From Oscillospiraceae bacterium (lineage in GTDB: Bacteria; Bacillota; Clostridia; Oscillospirales; UBA929), in NCBI GenBank assembly GCA_031549605.1, contig JAVBPM010000005.1, positions 2,315 to 66,314 on the forward strand: 64,000 nucleotides of DNA. Direction: 5' to 3'. The position numbers and the translations under genes were made by a program. How positions within the stretch are numbered: position 1 is the stretch's first letter; every line of letters begins with the position of its first letter. The notes below the pieces were generated by a model that saw only the letters and a list, made by a program, of their open reading frames with translations, ran no database searches and had not been told where the DNA came from. This document shows positions 62,666 through 64,000 of the stretch, in pieces.

Positions 62666-63463
62666 TCAGTCTTTTTTCTTGGGCATGACAAACCGGGAGG
62701 GTGACGACTTGATTTTCTTGGGCAGCTGAACCGTCTGGCCGTCGATGCGCTTGGCGATGTTGAGAAAGGCGAGGCCGGCGGCTGTTTTGCCCTGTAGCAC
62801 CAGCGGCGTTGTGTGGTTGGCACAGGCGATAACCGTTTCGTCCTCAGGCACCAATCCCAGCAACGGTAGGCCGGCGATGTCCATGGCCTCGTCGATGTTG
62901 GCGGCCTCACCGGCTTTGATTTGGTGCGGGCGCAGCCGGTTGATGATGAGTCGGCAGTCGGTGATGTTCATTTCGCGCAACAGCTGGTGGGTACGTGCGG
63001 CGTCGCGCAAGCTGACCAGCTCGGTGTTGGCCACAAGAATTGCCGATTCGGCCGCGCCGGCCGCCAGCTGAAAGGCGGTGTCGAGACCGGCGGCACAGTC
63101 GATGAGCACATAGTCATAAAACGGCTTGACCGCGCGCATGATGGCGCGGAACACCTGCGGCTCAATGTCGCCCGGCATAATGGACATAGGTGCGGCCAGC
63201 AGCGACAGCCGCTTGATTTTGCGATGGCTGACAATGGCGTCGTTGAGCGTGCAACGGCCCTGAATGACGTCGTTGTAGTCAAAAGGCACCTGCTCGTTCA
63301 TGCCCAGCACGAGATCGAGGTTGCGCAGACCGATGTCGCCGTCTATTACCAGCACACGACGGCCCAGACCGGCCAGACAGCTGGCAATGGCCGCCGTACA
63401 GGTCGTTTTGCCCGTGCCGCCCTTACCCGATGTGACAACGATTGACTGTCCGATACCGCTCAC
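62666..63463 (-). CDS. minD: MinD-family septum-site-determining ATPase
   Basis: Deviant Walker A SGKGGTGKTT and the MinD signature DGDIGLRNLDLVLG. No minC or minE adjacent. Confidence 0.8.
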   Translation of the reverse strand: MSGIGQSIVVTSGKGGTGKTTCTAAIASCLAGLGRRVLVIDGDIGLRNLDLVLGMNEQVPFDYNDVIQGRCTLNDAIVSHRKIKRLSLLAAPMSIMPGDIEPQVFRAIMRAVKPFYDYVLIDCAAGLDTAFQLAAGAAESAILVANTELVSLRDAARTHQLLREMNITDCRLIINRLRPHQIKAGEAANIDEAMDIAGLPLLGLVPEDETVIACANHTTPLVLQGKTAAGLAFLNIAKRIDGQTVQLPKKIKSSPSRFVMPKKKD

Positions 63464-64000
63464 CTCCCGACGCCGAGCGCCTTCAGCAACTCAAGAATGC
63501 CCAACACAACAGGCTGATGTGCCAGATAGATGATCAGCGTGTGGCGGCCGATCCAAGGCAGCACCGGCATGTGAAACGTGTAAAACCAGCGCGGAAATCT
63601 GTTGTAAACGACCTGACGGCCCAGCCACGTTCCCAACAGAAAGAGAAAAAACCAGGGCAGCAACGGGAAAAAGTCCCAGCTTTGGATCCCCGTATAGCCG
63701 AGGCCCAAAGGTAGTGTCCATTTGGGCAGTTGGCGTTCGATGGGCAGCCAGCAATAGCTGGCGATAAACATCGCGCCGTATACCCACGGCTGCGCGCGGT
63801 TAAGCAACAGCTGCAGCGGCTTTTGCAGCGCCGCATAGAGCAGCATGGCTGTGCCTAAGAAGTGCAGTATGCCAAACCAGACGGGGTAACCGGCAAAATA
63901 CATCACAACGCTTACTGCTATGGCACATGCCCATGTCTTGAGTCCGCGTGCGACATTCGAGCGAGCGAAATAGCAGCTCATGCCCGACAGCAGAATAAAC
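63460..64000 (-). CDS. DUF1624 / heparan-alpha-glucosaminide N-acetyltransferase-like membrane acyltransferase, N-terminus outside the window
   Basis: Polytopic with a WDFFPLLPWFFLFLLG motif. The reading frame stays open upstream of Met 63981 to the window edge (…FILLSGMSCYF…). 4-bp overlap with minD. Confidence 0.6.
   Translation of the reverse strand, partial: FILLSGMSCYFARSNVARGLKTWACAIAVSVVMYFAGYPVWFGILHFLGTAMLLYAALQKPLQLLLNRAQPWVYGAMFIASYCWLPIERQLPKWTLPLGLGYTGIQSWDFFPLLPWFFLFLLGTWLGRQVVYNRFPRWFYTFHMPVLPWIGRHTLIIYLAHQPVVLGILELLKALGVGR

Overview
GC-rich chromosomal segment that looks like a spore-forming Clostridia genome, possibly Oscillospiraceae/Ruminococcaceae-like. That placement is inferred from gene content only. 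All calls come from reading the ORF track and the sequence by eye. No searches were run, so family names are motif-based recollections. Most of the window is housekeeping and mostly on the minus strand. It contains the tail of a NuoE/HATPase/PHP hydrogenase-associated cluster and a DUF2975-HTH-membrane cassette. Sporulation and germination genes are present (cwlJ-gerQ, gpr-spoIIP, a polysaccharide deacetylase, a LysM-CAP protein). Cell-shape and division genes are maf-mreC-mreD-PBP2, zapA and a MinD-like ATPase. There is a complete nine-gene V/A-type ATPase operon and the murA / walJ-like / rlmH / phosphoglucomutase group. Also present are an ABC-2 exporter pair, mgtE, pepF, dnaD/dnaI-like loaders and an OmpR-type two-component system with HtrA. 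The remaining calls are udp, pyk, an SLH-anchored surface protein, and three good tRNAs (His, Gln, Lys) plus one degenerate Gln-like copy. Five things stand out. (1) A tightly coupled six-gene operon at 5757-13160 encodes SWIM, HEAT-like, MoxR AAA+, YehM/DUF5682-like, Apt-like PRTase and vWA proteins. This is a yehLMPQ-type module of unknown function with two extra genes, and it is the best candidate for an undescribed system. (2) Next to it lies a very Cys-rich collagen-like protein with six 45-bp in-frame repeats. (3) A roughly 250-bp TIR-bounded non-coding element occurs three times, and two copies are flanked by a duplicated 25-27-bp terminator hairpin. (4) The palindrome GCAACC-N3-GGTTGC recurs at least 14 times in all reading frames and in intergenic DNA. 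(5) The mgtE leader is structured. No CRISPR array, integrase or transposase was seen.
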